Shown piece after piece: positions 53,209 to 64,000 of a DNA stretch of 64,000 bases. A program made the translations under genes and the position numbers. Origin of the DNA: Octopus sinensis (taxonomy: Eukaryota); assembly GCF_006345805.1 (NCBI RefSeq), contig NC_042998.1:174468001-174532000 (forward strand), in the 5' to 3' direction. The first letter of the stretch is position 1. Every line of letters starts with the position of its first letter. The notes below the pieces were generated by a model. The model did not search any database. It worked only from the letters and a program-made list of their open reading frames with translations, and had not been told where the DNA came from.

Positions 53209-53846
53209 TTCGTTTTGGGATTTGGTTTGCAAGATTCTATATATGAGTTCGTGTGTTGAAGCATATTCTGTTGTGTCTGGGGAGAGTCATTTTCTTTTTG
53301 TGTCTTATAATTTAACAGGTAAAATTTCCACTTATTTCTTATTTTCATTTTCCTAAAATTTTTGTCGCGTCTTGCAACCTTTTCAATAGTGATGACTCTG
53401 TCCGTTATTTACACTGCGTTCCTTTTTTGTTTGTTTGTGCGCATGTGTGTGATTCAATGTGTGTGTGTGGTGTGTGTGTGTGTGTGTGTTTGTGTGTGTG
53501 TCTGTGCCTATGCATTTATGCATGTACGTATGTACGTATGTATGTATGTATGTATGTTGTATGTAGTACTTGTGTTGTGCCTATTGTTATTGTTGTGGTT
53601 GATGTCGGTAGTGGTGTGAATGATGTGGTTGTTGTCGTTATCCGTGTGGGATTTTGTTGTTATTATAACAGTTGTTTCTGTTTCCTACGCTTGTGTTGTT
53701 GTTGTTGTTGTTATAGTTGTCTGAATGAGGAATGATGTGGTTGTCGTTATTGTTGTTGTTGTTGTTGTTATTGCCACTATTGTTGTTGTCATCAACACCG
53801 CTATTGTTATTTTTATTGTTGTTTTGGTTTCGTATGTTAGTGTTGC

Positions 53847-53897
<51 letters not shown>

Positions 53898-55722
53898 ATT
53901 GTCCTAACCTCCATCTTAATTTTAAGAACGTTTTTTTTTTTCAATTTCAGACAGACAATCGATTTTTCTGACCTTTTTATACGTAGCGAATCTTGGCGGT
54001 AACTCTAAGGCATGCATTTCATCTGTATCTAGCTGTACTGCACCATATATACCAGAGGTGTATTTGTTGTTGTTGCTGTTGTTATTGATGATAGTTTTCT
54101 TTCTTGATGTTCTGTGAGTCCTAACCGCTCGGCAGCTGAATTGACAGATTTCGTGTATAGCTTGGAGGAGATGCATGTTTTAATGAAGTGGAGCCGTCGG
54201 GTAGCTATCTTGATTTTTAGATAGCAGAACACGGTGTTTCTCAATGTCTTACTAGTTTGGCTAAAGCTTATTATATTTCGCTTTTGGGATTTGGTTTGCA
54301 AGATTCTATATATGAGTTCGTGTGTTGAAGCATATTCTGTTGTGTCTGGGGAGAGTCATTTTCTTTTTGTGTCTTATAATTTAACACATTCACCGGCAAA
54401 ATTTCCATTTATTTCTTATTTTTATTTCCCTCAAATTGTCGTTGCGTCTTGCAACCTTTTCAATAGTTTTGACTCTGTCCGTTATTTACACTGCGTTCTT
54501 TTTTGTTTGTTTGTGCGCATGTGTGTGATTCAATGTGTGTGTGTGTGTGTGTTTGTGTGTGTGCGTGTGCCTATGCATGCATGTATGCATGTATGCATGT
54601 ATGTATGTATGCATGTATGCATGTATGTATGTATGCATGTATGCATGTATGTATGTATGTATGTATGTATGTATGCATGTATGCATGTATGTATGTATGT
54701 ATGTATGCATGTATGCATGTATGTATGTATGTATGTATGTATGCATGTATGCATGTATGTATGTATATATGTATGCATGTATGCATGTATGTATGTATGT
54801 ATGCATGTATGTATGTATGTATGTATGCATGTATGTATGCATGTATGCATGTATGTATGTATGCATGTATGCATGTATGCATGTATGCATGTATGTATGT
54901 ATGCATGTATGCATGTATGCATGTATGTATGTATGCATGTATGTATGTATGTATGTATGCATGTATGCATGTATGCATGTATGTATGTATGCATGTATGC
55001 ATGTATGTATGTATGTATGTATGTGTGTGTATGTATATATGTGTGTATATGCATATGTATATATGTATGTATGCGTGCATCTGTATGTATGTATTCTGCA
55101 TATTCATGTACTTGCATGTCTGTGTCTGTGTATTTTCTATGTATGTGTGTGTGAGCGTGTGTTTGTATATGTATGAACCTCTGTCTCCTTGTGTGTGCAT
55201 GTCTGTGTGTGTGTGTGTGTGTGTGTGTTTTGCAACTATGTACCATGTTTGTATGTATGGATGTGCATCTCTACATGTTCTTATAACCTATGTACCTATC
55301 TGTCTGTATGTTGATCTTGTTATATTCATATCTATATGTAAGCATATGGATATGAATAGAGAAAGATCGACATACAAATGGATAGGTACATAGGTTATAA
55401 GAACAGACAAGCACACATGCAAATGAAATGGTGACTGAAACACATGACCATATATACACACACACTTTACTCCACACAAGGACGCATATGGAGACACGGG
55501 TCCACACATATACAGATGCACATCCATACATACATATACACATATGCATACACACACATATATACATACACACATGTATACATACATGCATACATATATA
55601 CATGCACACATACATACATACGTACATGCATGCATAGGTACATACACACACACTGACCCACACATATGCGCACAAACAAACAAAAAGGAACGCAGTGTAA
55701 ATAACGGACAGACTATTGAAAA
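53206..55722 (-). mobile_element. Probable decayed Penelope-like element: two ~270-bp direct repeats flanking an ORF-start remnant, plus a large diverged 5' fold-back centred near 55343
   Basis: 53206-53470 matches 54274-54545; 55659-55722 is an inverted partial copy; minus-strand peptide RRLHFIKTC...RLGL weakly resembles PLE N-termini. Confidence 0.45.
54560..55070. repeat. (ATGT)n/(ATGC)n compound microsatellite
   Basis: Directly visible; source of the 200-300 aa MYVC/HTYI ORFs. Confidence 0.95.
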
Positions 55723-55732
55723 TATATATATA

Positions 55733-56041
55733 TCACCGTGATCACCGTGACCGACCAGGCTATGAGATGTTGCTACACATCACTGGTCACAATGCGCTTC
55801 GCATTGTTTTAGCCTTCAAATGACGCTACTCCGCTGGCTAAGCGAGCAGGCCAACAGAAGAAAGAGTGAGAGGAAATCGTGGTGGAAGAGTACAGCAGGG
55901 TTTGCCACCACCCCTTGCCGGAGCTTCGTGGAGCTTTAGGTGTTTTTGCTCAATAAACACTCACGACGCCCGGTCTGGGAATCGAAACCGCGATCCTACG
56001 ACCGCAAGTCCGCTGCCCTAACCACTGGCCATTGCGCCTCC

Positions 56042-56043
<2 letters not shown>
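55733..56043 (-). mobile_element. SINE group 2 copy with another distinct 3' tail
   Basis: Same head and central part as 17984, then GCGTCATTTGAAGGCTAAAACAATGCGAAGCGC...GGTCACGGTGAT. Confidence 0.85.
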
Positions 56044-56109
<66 letters not shown>

Positions 56110-56115
56110 TATATA

Positions 56116-56190
<75 letters not shown>

Positions 56191-56218
56191 CTATACACAC
56201 ATATAAATAGACTGCTTA

Positions 56219-56253
<35 letters not shown>

Positions 56254-56305
56254 AGCAGTCTGACTTTTTGTGTGTATATATATATATACACACAAAAAGT
56301 CAGAC

Positions 56306-58292
56306 TCCTTAAACTTCCTGGGGATCACCCTGCTTTCCACTGCAAGGAAAGTTTTAGCAAGACTACTCCTCAACAGACTTGCTCTGTCCATTGCCGAAAA
56401 TAATCTAGAAAGTCAATGTGGTTTCAGAACACAACAGATATGGTTTTCCTTCTCAGGTGACTCCAAGAAAAGTACCGGAAGCAAAAGAACAACTTTATGT
56501 AACATTTGTCGACCTGACGAAAGCGTTCGACACTGTGAGCATGCAAGGTCTGTGGCAGATCCTAAACCAACTTGGCTTTCCCCAAAAATCCTAACCGTGA
56601 TCATCCAGCTTCACGAAGACCAGCAAGTACAAGTCCGCCTGAATAGCGACATATACCAGAGTCATTCCCCATCAACAACGGCGTGACGCAGGCCTGTGTC
56701 CTAGCACCAACTCCCTTCAGCATCTTCTTCAGCATGATGCTTAAGCAAGGTACTGCAGACCTCAACGCTGGATATGGCGTCTACATCAGGTACCATCTGG
56801 GCGGCAGTCTTTTTAACCTCCAGCGCCTACTGACCCGCACCAAGCCACAATAGCAAGTGAACCAGGACATCCTCTTTGAAGATAATGCCATACTTGTCAC
56901 ACACACAGAAAGAACCCTACAGCAAATCCCATCCTGCACAGCAGAGGCCGCCCAGCTCAAGGCGGCGCGCTGGCAGAAATGTTAGCACGCCAGGCGAAAT
57001 GCTTAGCGGTATTTCGTCTGTCTTTATGTTCTGAGTTCAAATTCCGCCGAGGTCGACTTTCCCTTTCATCCATTCGGGGTCGATTAAATAAATACCAGTT
57101 ATGCACTGGGGTCGATATAATCGACTTAATCCGTTTGTCTGTCTTTGTTTCTCCACTCTGTGTGTAGCCCCTTGTGGGCAATAAAGAAATAAGAAACGTT
57201 AGCACCTCGGGCGAAATGCTTAGTGGTATTTCGTCTGTCTTTACGTTCTGAGTTCAAATTCCGCCGAGGTCGACTTTGCCTTTCATCCTTTCGGGGTCGA
57301 TAAAGTAAGTACCAGTTCCGTACTGGGGTCGATCTAATTGACTGGCCCCCTCCCCCAAAATTTCGGGCATTATGCCTAGAGCAGAAAAGAAAAAAAAAGA
57401 GGCCACCCAATTCTTCGAGCTGGAAGTAAGTTTGAAAAAGACTGAAGTCCTACACCAATAAGCTCCTCACGTAGAGTACAGGATGCCCCATGTCACTCTG
57501 GCCGAAACAGAACTGAAGTCGGTGCAGCAGTTCACTTATCTTGGATGTACCATTTCATGCGAATATCGACAAAGAAACTGACAACAGACTTGCAAAGGCA
57601 AACAAAGCATTTGGCAGACTGCACAGGCGTGTGTGGAATAATAAGCATCTTAAGATCAGCACAAAAATCAGAGTCTACAAGACCATCGTCCTCACGACGC
57701 TCCTACCGCTGTCATCACAGGGTCCTTGAACGTTTTCACCAACGCTGTCTTCGTACCATCCTCAACATCTATTGGAGTGACTACATCACCAACACTGAGC
57801 TCCTCAACCGAGCAAAGACCACCAGCCTAGAAGCCATTTTACTTGAGACACGACTGCGTTGAGAAGCACATGTTGCCAGGATGAAAGACCACCGCCTACA
57901 CACGACCATCATGTACGGTGAGCTCACTACTGGCCACCGCAACAGTGAGGGAGTACCAAAGATGCGTTACAAGGACTGCCTGAAGCAGTCCCTTTGCGTT
58001 TGTGACATTGATTATCGTGAGTGGTCCACTCTAATACCTGACTGTGCTGCTTGGCGCCATACCATCGGCGATACCGTTTCCTCCTTTGAGATCTCTCGCA
58101 GTGCTTCTCTTGAAGGCAAACGCCAGAGGTGAAAAGATAAAGCAGCAGCAGCATCAGACCCTGGACAATCATACCTCTGCCATCATTGCAATCAGATATA
58201 TCGATCCCACATCGGCCTTATCAACCACTCCCGAGCGTGCAGACGTGGACAACACCCTTCCAATTCTTCGTCAGCGAAGCTAAGCCAAGAGA
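56306..58292 (+). mobile_element. 5'-truncated RTE/BovB-like LINE, frameshifted, interrupted by a SINE
   Basis: [20 protein letters not shown]...ESQCGFR, FVDLTKAFDTV, FTYLGCTIS...DNRLAKANKAFGRL; typical end CTTCGTCAGCGAAGCTAAGCCAAGAGA. Confidence 0.92.
56961..57397 (+). mobile_element. SINE group 3 (duplicated unit) nested in the RTE with a diverged 16-bp TSD
   Basis: AGAGGCCGCCCAGCTC (56943-56958) versus AGAGGCCACCCAATTC (57398-57413); A-rich tail. Confidence 0.88.
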
Positions 58293-58296
58293 ATAC

Positions 58297-58338
<42 letters not shown>

Positions 58339-58369
58339 GTGGAGAGAGAGAGGTGGAGAGAGAGAGAGG

Positions 58370-58398
<29 letters not shown>

Positions 58399-58401
<3 letters not shown>

Positions 58402-58542
58402 GTTAAGCAACAAGTTGCTTAGCCACATACCGAAAATTTAGAAATAGCAGTGGAGCTATATTTGTAGTAAATAGGAATAAGCGGTTTTGACTGCTATTTC
58501 TAAATTTTCGGTATGTAGGTAAGCAACCTGTTGCTTAACTCT
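58399..58542. mobile_element. Small MITE-like element (~50-bp TIRs)
   Basis: AGAGTTAAGCAAC...CATACCGAAAATTTAGAAATAGCAGT mirrored at the other end. Confidence 0.7.
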
Positions 58543-58547
58543 ATTTA

Positions 58548-58578
<31 letters not shown>

Positions 58579-58735
58579 CCAATTAAGGACTGAACACGAA
58601 AAAGTGGACAGTCAACATGCTAGATATAGACGTCAAATCGCCATTCTCCACAAAAAGTCTTGTGTTCTCAGATCAAACTCAACACAAAACCAAAACAATA
58701 AACAAGTGAAAAATATACGAAATAAATATTTACAC

Positions 58736-58799
58736 CCATGTACTAAATTCAGTTTCGGCAGTTTTTCCGCAAGGAAAAGTGCAGCCATCATCAGCATGG
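58736..58799 (-). ncRNA. Type I hammerhead ribozyme (intact)
   Basis: CCATG-CTGATGA-T-GGC tgcacTTTTCC ttgc GGAAAAact GCC-GAAA-CTGAATTTAG-TA-CATGG; GUA triplet, near-palindromic helix III. Confidence 0.87.
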
Positions 58800-58849
58800 T
58801 CCCATATAAAATGTAATTTGCTGTACAGCAAATTACATTTTATATGGGA

Positions 58850-58912
58850 CCATGCTGATGATGCTGCACTTTTCCTTGCGGAAATAACAGCCGAACTGAA
58901 TTTAGTACATGG
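58850..58912 (+). ncRNA. Mirror-image hammerhead copy with one A missing from GAAA
   Basis: CCATG-CTGATGA-TGC...GCC-GAA-CTGAATTTAG-TA-CATGG; the indels may be mutation or sequencing error. Confidence 0.7.
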
Positions 58913-59158
58913 GTAAATATTTATTTCGTATATTTTTCACTTGTTTATTGTTTTGGTTTTGTGTTGAGTTTGATCTGAGAACACAAGACTTTTTGTGGAG
59001 AATGGCGATTTGACGTCTATATCTAGCATGTTGACTGTCCATTTTTCGTGTTCAGTCCTTAATTGGTATATATAAATATTTTAATTTCGGATTCTTTCTT
59101 TAATATGCTAGACCACTGGTTCTAATTGATAAATATCAATTTTTACCCTAAATTAACG

Positions 59159-59228
<70 letters not shown>

Positions 59229-59316
59229 ATAAAGAACATTTTGTAAAAGTTCCTACCGATAATGGTTATATTTCCATACTACCGAACTACTTAGTAATAA
59301 TTATTGATTTTTAAAA

Positions 59317-59416
59317 NNNNNNNNNNNNNNNNNNNNNNNNNNNNNNNNNNNNNNNNNNNNNNNNNNNNNNNNNNNNNNNNNNNNNNNNNNNNNNNNNNNN
59401 NNNNNNNNNNNNNNNN
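59317..59416. other. Assembly gap (100 N)
   Basis: Run of N. Confidence 1.
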
Positions 59417-59576
59417 AGAAAAGTAAAGTCTAGTATCATAATCAATAATCAACATATGTAAATATCAAACGAACAACGTAAACTTTTTGTAATTATGTTT
59501 GTATTGTAATGTACTATCTCTGTAAGATTTTTATAATCATAATAAAGATTTAGGAAGCGACACCTACTGGTTTGGC

Positions 59577-59622
59577 TACGCTGCATTGAAAAGGGGCAAT
59601 ACCCCGAAAACGCGTCTGTGGC
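59577..59622 (+). ncRNA. Degenerate hammerhead-like motif within a repeat ending in (TA)n at ~59790
   Basis: CTACG-CTGCATTGAAAA-GGGG caata CCCC-GAAA-ACGC-GTC-TGTGG; helices plausible, core non-canonical. Confidence 0.45.
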
Positions 59623-60329
59623 TGCCGGCCAGTAGTGTGGAGCGACTGACCTCCCTTGTTCAAGGTTATATGGATACAGTTTGTGTATCAAATAGCTAAC
59701 TTAAGGCGATGGCCTCATGGAGCTAATAAGCGGTCAGCTTTTTTCTTATTTTTATAAGAATGCCATATTAGTATGGCGATAACTAATTATATATATATTA
59801 TATATATATATATAATATTATATATATATTAATATATATATATATATATAGTAGAAATATGTTACCAAAAGAAAATATAAAATACACGTGAAATTAAGGT
59901 AAAATATGAAAAAATCAACGAAAATGCACATTGCAAATAAAAAAAAAGGCTATTTATGACAGGTAACGACAAATATATACATTTAGATTGACTGAGGTAG
60001 TAATACGAGTCATATATAGGTGAAAAAAGATTAGCTATCTATACAAATCAAATTTTTATACATAAAAGATGGAGGTGGATATAGCACAGAAGTAAATCTA
60101 AGACATTTCAATATAAGAAGGAATTTAATAAGAATTGACTTTTAAAAAATTATATGAAGAAAATATTATCAGCTTCAATGATGAATCTCATCTTATCAAT
60201 TTTTGTAAAAATTTACATCTTCTGTCTGGGGTGGGAGGTCAAAAACATGTCTGGAGATTTTTCGTTGAAGTCTTCTTTAAATATAGTGAGAATTTGTAAA
60301 AAAAAAAAAAAAAAGCAAAAGATGAAGAC

Positions 60330-60560
60330 GGGTGTGTAAACAACAAACAGATGTATTAGTTTAACGCTCGGGAAGTGAGAAAGTCTTTTACGTTTCGAGC
60401 GTACGCTCTTCGACAGAAAGGAACACAAAATTAACAGGGAGAGAAAATAGAAAAGGGTTTAGTGGCTAACGATCTATCATGGCGAATGCCGGACAGAGGG
60501 GTCACACAGGAGAGCTAGGAAGAAGGGGAGATAATAAAGTAATGGTGATCCCAAAACGAA
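60330..60560 (-). mobile_element. Penelope-type terminal-repeat fragment with minimal HHR motif (60385-60420)
   Basis: CTTT-CTGTCGA-A-GAGC gtac GCTC-GAAA-CG-TA-AAAG (A6U, GUA triplet, zero-loop helix III). Confidence 0.65.
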
Positions 60561-61641
60561 GGTGCGCGTGCGTGTGTATGTGCCTGTGGAAGGGGGCTGG
60601 CGATATTAACGTGAGCGTGTGTGCATGTGTAGGTGTATGGATGATGGTGTAGGTGTTGGAAAGTGATCAGTGCTAGTGTGTGCGCTGGTGTGGGTGGTGG
60701 GAAGTGGTCAGTGCTAGTGTGTGCGGGATGGTGTGATGTGGTGTGGTATGGTGTTGTGTGGGTGGTGGTATGGTGTAGTGGGGTATGGTATGGTGTGGTG
60801 TGATGCTGTTGGGGGTGTGGGGATGCGAGAGTAGGAGAAGGAAGGGTGGGGTCTAGGGGATGGGTATAGTTCGGTATAGAATTCAAAGTGTTAGAGAGTA
60901 AGAGAGAGGGTGTTGTTGTCTATTGTCTAAAAGAAATGTTTGTGGGTTCCGGCTAAGGGAGTGGCTTAAAAGCATTCATTGAACGGGTTTTATGTCCACC
61001 TGTGTGAGAGAGTGTGTATATGCGTGCATTGTTTTGAGTGTCTTTTCAATATGTTTGGAATGTTACCAGCTGTGTCTTGATGGGTGAGTATGCTGTGATG
61101 AATATCTTGTTGAAGAAATAATTAGGATTTTCCTTTGGGTTAGATGTATTCTTTTGAGTGTCTCCACCTGTGTGTATGCTTGTGGTCACTAGCTCTAGGT
61201 ATGTGTGTGTGTGAATGTATATGTGGGTGTGTTTGAATGTATGTGTGAGTGTGTTCGTGTGTGTGAGTGTGTTTCTCGCGATGTTCTTTTGTGTGTATGT
61301 GTGTGTTTGTGTGTGTGCGTGTGCTTGTGATGTTTTCTTTTGTACGTGTGTGTTAGTGTATAGGTGTTTGTGTTTATGTGTATATGTGATTTTGCGATGT
61401 TTTCTTTTGTGTGTATGTTTATGTATGTGTGAGTGTGTGTGCAGACGTGTGTGCAGAGGTGTGTGCAGACGCGTGTGCAGACGTGTGTGCAGACGTGTGT
61501 GTGTGTATGTGTATGCTTGTGTGTGTGTTGTTTTTTGAGTGTATATGTGTAAGTGTTTTTGTGTTTGTGGGTGTGCTTTTTATGATGTTTTCTTTTGCGT
61601 GTATGTGTGTGTATTTGCAATGTTTTCTTTTGTGTATATAA

Positions 61642-61699
<58 letters not shown>

Positions 61700-61731
<32 letters not shown>

Positions 61732-62800
61732 CAAAATGGGAATATATATAAAATACAAAATGGGACATACAAAAAGGGACAAAACATTCAGATAGACAAT
61801 ACAAAGAAAACAAGGACGGGTTATTCGGAGTTTTCTCTCCTCAGTAGGAATAAGATTTAAGAATTGATGGGAAGTATTTTTCAAAATGATAATATGTATA
61901 AAATTGTTTTTAAATGTCTGTTCTTATTTATTGGTTGGTAGTGGTTGGGTGTATATTTAATTGTGGTTTATACTTGTTAATAAATTGCCTTTCTTTAGTC
62001 TTTGTTGTTGTTGGTTGAAAGAATCTAAGCACTTGTAGAGGGGAAATATCTTGAAATTTGGTAAGTCCATTCCTGAGCAGGTTGCAATGTGACTGTTTAA
62101 AGGAATTTTCCGTATGTTTTTGTCTTGGATGTGTTGGCGATGGGTCATCAAACTGTTGCATAATGATCTGCCCGTCTGACTTATGTAATTATGTTGGCAA
62201 TCATTGCATGTGATTACGTAGACCAGGTTTTCCGTGTTGCAGGCGAGATTGGACTTATATTTGGAGGTTTGGTTACCTTTGAATATATATTCTGGTCTCT
62301 CAATTAGCTAACGGCAAGTGCCGCAGTTTGTTCTTCCGCATTTTGGGACAGTTGGGTTGGGGGTTTCTTTGTGCATTTTTGCTCCAGTGAGAATGAATTT
62401 TAGTGTTTTGGGCTGCCTTTTGCTTTTGATGGTTTGTTGTTTTTCTAAGATTTTTCTCATTTTTCATCTGCAAATAAGATGGGGAGGTTTTTGTGGATGT
62501 CATCAAATATTTCGATATTTCTGGAATTGAAGGTTGACAGGAATGGTAAGACATATTTCCTTCTTTCGTTTTTTTTTTTTTTTGTTTTCCTAAGTTCATT
62601 AATATCCATTTGCTTCGCCATGTTTATTTCCTTGGTGATTATGCCAGGAGGGAAGGCTCTTTGAATGAGTGTCTCCTTCAGTTCCTCTAGTCTTTGTTCA
62701 CGTAGATTCTTCCATTCATGCTATGTAAAGTTTGGTTTTATGTTTCTATGTTTAATTTTTTCAAAGGGGAAGTCCATAATATATTCACAGTAGGAGTCTA
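61700..62800 (-). mobile_element. Penelope-like retroelement 3' part: RT thumb/linker, GIY-YIG endonuclease pseudogene, terminal repeat
   Basis: NLACNTENLVYVITCNDCQHNYISQTGRSL...THRQHIQDKNIRKIP...HIATC...FKIFPLY...ERQFINKYKPQLN; degenerate CTGAGGA-GAGaaaaCTC-CGAAT..GTC motif at ~61815-61855. Confidence 0.85.
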
Positions 62801-62976
62801 CTGCTTTATTTAACCCTTTATTTGGGAAAAAGTTGCTTATATATACATATATATATATATGTGTATATATATATATGTATGTATATGTATGTATGTATGT
62901 ATGTATGTGGTATGTATGTATGTATGTATGTATGTGTGTATGTATGTATGTATGTATGTATGTATGTATGTATGTA

Positions 62977-63007
<31 letters not shown>

Positions 63008-64000
63008 ATGTATGTATGTATGTATGTATGTATGTAGTATGTATGTATGTATGTATGTATGTATATGATGTATGTATGTATGTATATTCATGTACATAAA
63101 CGTACATATGCACAACATATTTTCTTTTCAGACATGAGTAAATGTGCATGTATGCAAAATACGCGTTTATGAATACTCAATGTGTATAGAAAACATAAAC
63201 ACACGCGCGTGCGCACAGCTACACACAGTAGAGTCTTATGTAATTCGGTGAGTTAAAAAATTTCAATTAACTGTTATCTTTGAGAATTGAAGACAAAACC
63301 TCCGACAAAGATTATTTAAAATGTACAAGCACCAAGCAATGAGATAACTTCATTGATATCAGGTAGCTCAAATTTTCAGAAAATAGAGAAAACGTAATTA
63401 GCATTGAATCTTCTCTCTAAGGGTCACTGATAAGAGCTTCGAACTTGTTTGGAATGTAGGTCTCATCGGCTAAACATTTTCCAACACACACGCTCATAAT
63501 ATATATGCATTTATATAGAGAGAGAGTGAGAGAGAGACAGAGAGAAAGAGACAGACAGACAGACAGATACATGCAGTGAGTGGCATGTTCAAAATAAGCT
63601 ATGTCTGGCCACTTTGAATAGAGTGCTTAAAGATAAGTCTGAGAATGAATAAAATATTACATCCATTGTAGTCAATTCCCGAAAAGTTATAGGCGAAACA
63701 AAATATATTTGTAGGACTAACTATTATAACTTGTGTGTGGTCACTCATAGTGCTACCTGTTGCATGTAACCTGGCACAGCCTGTCGCATTGTCAGACTGT
63801 CAGCGGATAAACCGACAACACTACTAAGCTTGTTGGTTAGTAGGGTGGTTTCCGTTAGACATCCTGCAGGACAAAAACAAAAGCTGTTGAAATGTGGGTA
63901 ACTAAGAGTCAACGCTATCTAGCAGCTGGGAATGGGAGATCCCTAATCTTTGTTTAAATATCTTTCTAAAAAGAAATATCTGACGTAACACCTGAGACTT

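Larger units (their letters stand above)
58578..59067. repeat. ~490-bp near-perfect palindrome (no loop) in (TA)n, with one HHR per arm
   Basis: Centre GCTGT|ACAGC at 58824/58825; arms differ by only a few substitutions and indels. Confidence 0.92.

Noticed and set aside
54234-55393. Multiple 200-300 aa ORFs (MYVC/HTYI-rich)
   Set aside because: Translations of (ATGT)n/(ATGC)n microsatellites that lack stops in several frames; the same applies to ORFs at 6398-7361, 45800-47400, 48470-49650, 51550-53350 and 62720-63150.
63770-63870. Hairpin-rich segment considered as a type II hammerhead or HDV-like ribozyme
   Set aside because: The core reads CTGACAG rather than CUGANGA, helix II does not close, and I could not build an HDV double pseudoknot by eye.

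Overview
AT-rich, microsatellite-saturated eukaryotic DNA, most likely an octopus/coleoid cephalopod (inferred from memory of the tRNA-derived SINE families). No host protein-coding gene can be firmly supported; almost all long ORFs are translated microsatellites or decayed retrotransposons. The window holds fragments of Tx1/L1-, CR1-, RTE-, R4/Dong-like and Penelope-like (GIY-YIG) retroelements, two Helitrons, three SINE groups and MITE-like inverted repeats. The most striking signal, absent from the ORF track, is a dense population of type I hammerhead ribozyme (HHR) motifs: 8 well-formed and about 9 minimal or degenerate, in at least 6-7 unrelated sequence families. They sit in short ORF-less elements that share one architecture: 5' inverted segment, partial terminal repeat, full 357-492 nt unit with HHR, (TA)n. 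This fits Penelope-dependent, retrozyme-like (possibly circular-RNA) elements. A second notable signal is a Tx1/L1-like family apparently associated with (TATC)n microsatellites. All structures were found by eye; none is computationally or experimentally verified.
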